From the NCBI GenBank assembly GCA_001643675.2, contig LSRY02000094.1, positions 1 to 26,404 of the forward strand: a DNA stretch of 26,404 nt, written 5' to 3'. The DNA is from Monocercomonoides exilis PA203 (taxonomy: Eukaryota > Protista > Preaxostyla). The translations under genes were made by a program, and so were the position numbers. Shown here in pieces: positions 22,701 through 26,404 of this stretch (position 1 is the first letter of the stretch; each line of letters starts with the position of its first letter). Below the pieces are notes generated by a model that saw nothing but the letters and a program-made list of their open reading frames with translations, ran no database searches and was not told the origin of the DNA.

Positions 22701-23304
22701 AGGAGGAATAGAAACTTTTTATCTTTAAGACAAAAAATTGACTCAAAAACTTTAAAGTTCTTCAATGAATATCAACCAATTTGATTAATATCATCATATC
22801 TTTGAAGATGTTTCTTTCAACTCCTTTATATGAAGAATCGAAACTTATTTTTGAAATTATTTATTTTCAACTCAAAAAAATTTCATCCTTTATGACTTTT
22901 TCCCACATTGGATTCCCTCAAATTCCCATTTATTTTTTCCTTTCCCAAATTAAAAAGAAGGGGTAGTACTTCATCCATGGTATTATTAAGGCTTTCCAAT
23001 CATCCGTCGTTAATGTTTTTTCAATGTTTTTATATTCAATCATTCATACGTTTTCAAGCTGAAAAGAGAATATCTATGAATTTTAAAACATTTACTTGTG
23101 GGGAAGAAGACGGACTTTTTTTCGTTTCCTACTTAATCAAAAATGTGTAAAATTGGACAATATTCAGAGTTAAGCCTCAGTAAATCGTGCAAACAAAACA
23201 CTCTGAGACGCACAGCCCTCTGATAACAAGGATTCGTCTAATCCGTCATTCTCAGGCATGACCCCTTTACCTATATTCTCATTTATCTTTACAACAGCCA
23301 GGCA
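19723..23304 (+). repeat. Direct repeat copy B (spacer + 3'ETS + 28S 3' stub), ~3.58 kb
   Basis: Colinear with 1321-4888; similarity stops abruptly after AGCCAGGCA at 23304. Confidence 0.95.
23151..23304 (-). pseudogene. Truncated 28S rRNA 3'-terminal fragment (~154 nt)
   Basis: Matches 4735-4888 with about five substitutions; no further rRNA sequence beyond 23304. Confidence 0.9.
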
Positions 23305-25326
23305 AAATAATTGAACAAAATACAAGTTCTATAATAAAAAAAGAATTTTCTCTGCAACATGTTATAAATGGTGAAAAATCATGCAATATCATTTTCAATA
23401 TTTAATAATGAGTAATTTGCATGATAATTAAAAGTTTTAATCATGAATGCTTTTGAAGAAATTTTGATCATCTTCCATACTAGATAACATTATTCTGTGA
23501 AAACAACTGCTTTGTAAATGAGATAACAACGTTTTGTTAATTTGTTAAATATTTGAGTAGTCCTTTGCATTTTATTTTCCATTGCATTGCGCATAGCCAG
23601 TTTGAATGATTTTATTTATGACTTTCCTTAACATTCATTATTAGCCCATTTTATTTGAAGAATAGACACTTTTGTTCCTCTTCAAATTTCAATCTGGAAT
23701 ATCTGGGTCATGTATCATAATTGATTAACAACAAAAAGCTTTAACTTTTTGTTATAACTGCGTGAAAATTCTTCTAATCTGGAGTGTTTGAGTGATGCAA
23801 ATATTTTACCGTTGGACTTTGAAAATACGCAACTTGAATATACAATGAATGTTTATTTTTATGTAATTTTCTGGAGTTCGTTATTTTCCTATTTAGAAAA
23901 ATATTGAATTTTTATTATTTTTGACACATAATGATACGCAGACCAATTACTACCGAAATTCTTTGGAAATTTCATGAATATTATTGCTAAAGACAACTTA
24001 ATTGTGCTTTTAAGTTATCAAAAGAGGAAAACAATTTCAATCATTCATATAGGCTTGCAACTTATATTTTGATCAACTCGGAAAAGGACTTTGAAGCTGA
24101 TATTAGTATATTTCCGAGCACCTGCATGTCATATTAACTTTCCTGCGGTTTGCGCTTCAACTCCAACAAAAATAATACTTTGAATAGCGACTTCACATCT
24201 TCCAGTCATCTTTCAAGATCTTCAAAATATCATTGCAAGAAGTTGACATTCAAGCTGAATAATGTGCGATCAAAGAAAACTGCAAAAAAAAGTATTTTGA
24301 ATGTACAAATGTTTCTTCGTATAATTCTAGACAAATTTAGCCTCTTCCTGTGTCAATCGACATATCTGCACATTCATACTCATCTAAAATTATCTTCGCT
24401 ATACCAATACATTTACTGCCTGAAATCAATATTCTTTAACAATCTGCTCAGACATTTTTAATTCTACGAAGGAAGTTCAACATCAAAGAAAGAAAGGAAA
24501 GTGAAGAGAAATGAGAAATCACAAAAAGTTGAGTCTCAGAAATTCACAACTTTGCGTTTATGATACATTTTGCGATTAAAGGAAGGATTTATATATGCAA
24601 ATCTGAAATTGTCGGAAGCGTAATTGAACTTTCTTAAAGAAGCACGACTTGTCAAACAGTAGATCCATCTGATACAAAGTCCTATTCCAGTTTGACGGAA
24701 AAAATGAAGAGCAAAGAGCAATCACAAACGTCGTAAAGTCATCTGTTAAAGACGAAGCAGACATATGAAGAATGGAAAGAAAACCCTTCTTGTGCAATTC
24801 TTTTCCAATTTAACATATTTTGATGATTACATGAAAATTGCAACTTCTTCATTTTAAGCATTCCACTTTTCATCTCACTTAAGTGAAAGTTAATAGAATT
24901 AAAAAAAAAAAACTTCTTCTTTATTTCATTCGCCTTTATTTTGTAAATCATCTATCTTTTCTTTCTATTCTTCTATCCTTTGGATTCACATGGAATTTGG
25001 AAAAACAAGAAAAGAAGCCGAAGAACACATTATTTCTCAAAAGACCAAAGGCGAGAAAGCTGGAGATGATGAATATACTATTGAATATTGATTGTATTTT
25101 CATGAAAATACTGAATGTGCAAACCATTTGAAGAAGATAATTTTGGAAATAAAAATAGAATAATTTTTTCTCATTATTTTTTGTTTCTTCAATTTATTTT
25201 GATGAATTGAGATTAAAATGCAATTTTTCTTTACGATTATATCTAAAAGGACTTTTTATTTTGTGAAATGAAGAATAAAAGGAAATGCATTATTTTGAGC
25301 TGCAAAATTTAAATCATTTCATTTCC

Positions 25327-26404
25327 TTAAGCATTCACAAAGTAATCAGAAATATTCAACGATATGTTGCCAAAACCATAATATTGATCTTTTAGAAAAT
25401 TCAACATTTTATGAAAGCTAATAATGACATCTTCATATCCTTCTTCCTCCATCTTTTCAAATATCTCCATTTTTGTTGCATTTCGCTTAGTTTCGTCCGT
25501 TTCGTCCTTCTCCTCTTCTTTCAATCTTTCTGAAATGGTCAAAAAGAAATGCAAACAATTCCACACTGTAAAATGTTCCAAAGTTGATCGTTTCATTTCC
25601 TCTGAAAACAGATCGACAACACCTTCCTTCAACATAACATCAACTTCCACAACTCCATAATCTGATGCAGTTCTCAAGGAGTGAATGCATTTATTGCTAA
25701 TTACTTCATTATTCCCTTTTGCTGCTCGATATACCTGAGCTATGCTGCTTAAAAGCCCAATAAATTCTTCGTTCCACAATGTGCATTCGGATAAGAAATC
25801 ATTTATAGCATTGAGCCATCTCTCGATAACAAGAACTTTCTTCACTTTTTCCCTCTTTTTTCCTCTTCTTTTCTCTTCCAATCCACATTTCTTTTCAGTT
25901 CTTCGATTTCTCTTCTTGCTTCTCTTGTGAAATGCAGCTCATTCACAATCACTTCTTTCATGCCTTGTCTTTAACCCATCTTTTTATCAAAACTGCCAAG
26001 CAGATTGATAGGCAAGTCGTCAGATTTCTGTGTTCTTGATGATATTTGATGATTTCTTTGATTTCATTCAAATACAGTTTTTGTTCAATTTTCTAATGAA
26101 AAAATGATTTAAAAAAACAAACATAATAAAAATGAAATAGAAATGCTCATACATAAAATCCAACATTGCTCAAAGCAATCAACGCTATTTCCACTTCTTT
26201 TTGAGCTTCTTCGTTTTCCTCTTTCTTCAATGCAACTTTTATAATGCAAGGAACACATACTGAAAACATTTCAGGTGAAAAGAAGCCGAGAGAAAGATAG
26301 CATTCGCAAAGATCGGTCACCAGCTTTTCATTTTTTCCTTCATCTTTCTTCCCTCCCTCAATAATCATCTTCTCAAATCTTTCATTCAGCAAAGAATAAT
26401 ACAA
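25327..26404 (-). CDS. 3' part of a gene of an expanded Monocercomonoides-type helical hypothetical protein family; 60-nt spliceosomal intron 26152-26093; several frameshifts (pseudogene or read errors); 5' end lies outside the window
   Basis: Exon ...KVALKKEENEEAQKEVEIALIALSNVGFY, then intron GTATGA...TTAG, then in-frame KIEQKLYLNEIKEIIKYHQEHRNLT. Shifted frames continue with LAYQSAWQF, VIVNELHFTREARREIEELKRNVDWKRKE and ...IFEKMEEEGYEDVIISF...SDYFVNA*. Family recognition is from memory, not from a search. Confidence 0.75.

Noticed and set aside
23305-25320. Possible decayed protein gene(s), including ORFs 24150-24461 and 24576-24951
   Set aside because: Only short stop-interrupted coding-like stretches; no recognisable family without a tBLASTx search.

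Overview
Chromosome end of an AT-rich protist, most likely an oxymonad close to Monocercomonoides. This is inferred from the ~2.96-kb 18S, TTAGGG telomeres and a distal gene of a family I recall from M. exilis. Order along the window: a 12-nt Nanopore adapter remnant, ~650 bp of (CCCTAA)n telomere, a short subtelomere, then ONE complete rDNA transcription unit on the minus strand pointing at the telomere (5'ETS, 18S 15084-12128, ITS1, 5.8S, ITS2, 28S 11638-4735). Both large rRNAs are strongly expanded. The 28S carries a 951-nt subgroup IE group I intron (6603-7553) at L1923, inside the I-PpoI recognition sequence. An intact I-PpoI-like His-Cys box homing endonuclease gene sits antisense in the intron's P2.1 loop; this is the main finding. 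The unit is bracketed by two diverged ~3.6-kb direct repeats (1321-4888 and 19723-23304). The distal one starts at an internal telomeric motif and the proximal one ends in a ~150-nt 28S 3' stub. The spacer holds a Pol I initiator-like motif, a block of ~150-210-bp subrepeats enclosed by inverted promoter-like arms with palindromic sites, and conserved GC-rich hairpin islands. The window ends in a frameshifted, intron-containing protein gene. Most ORFs in the supplied track are spurious.
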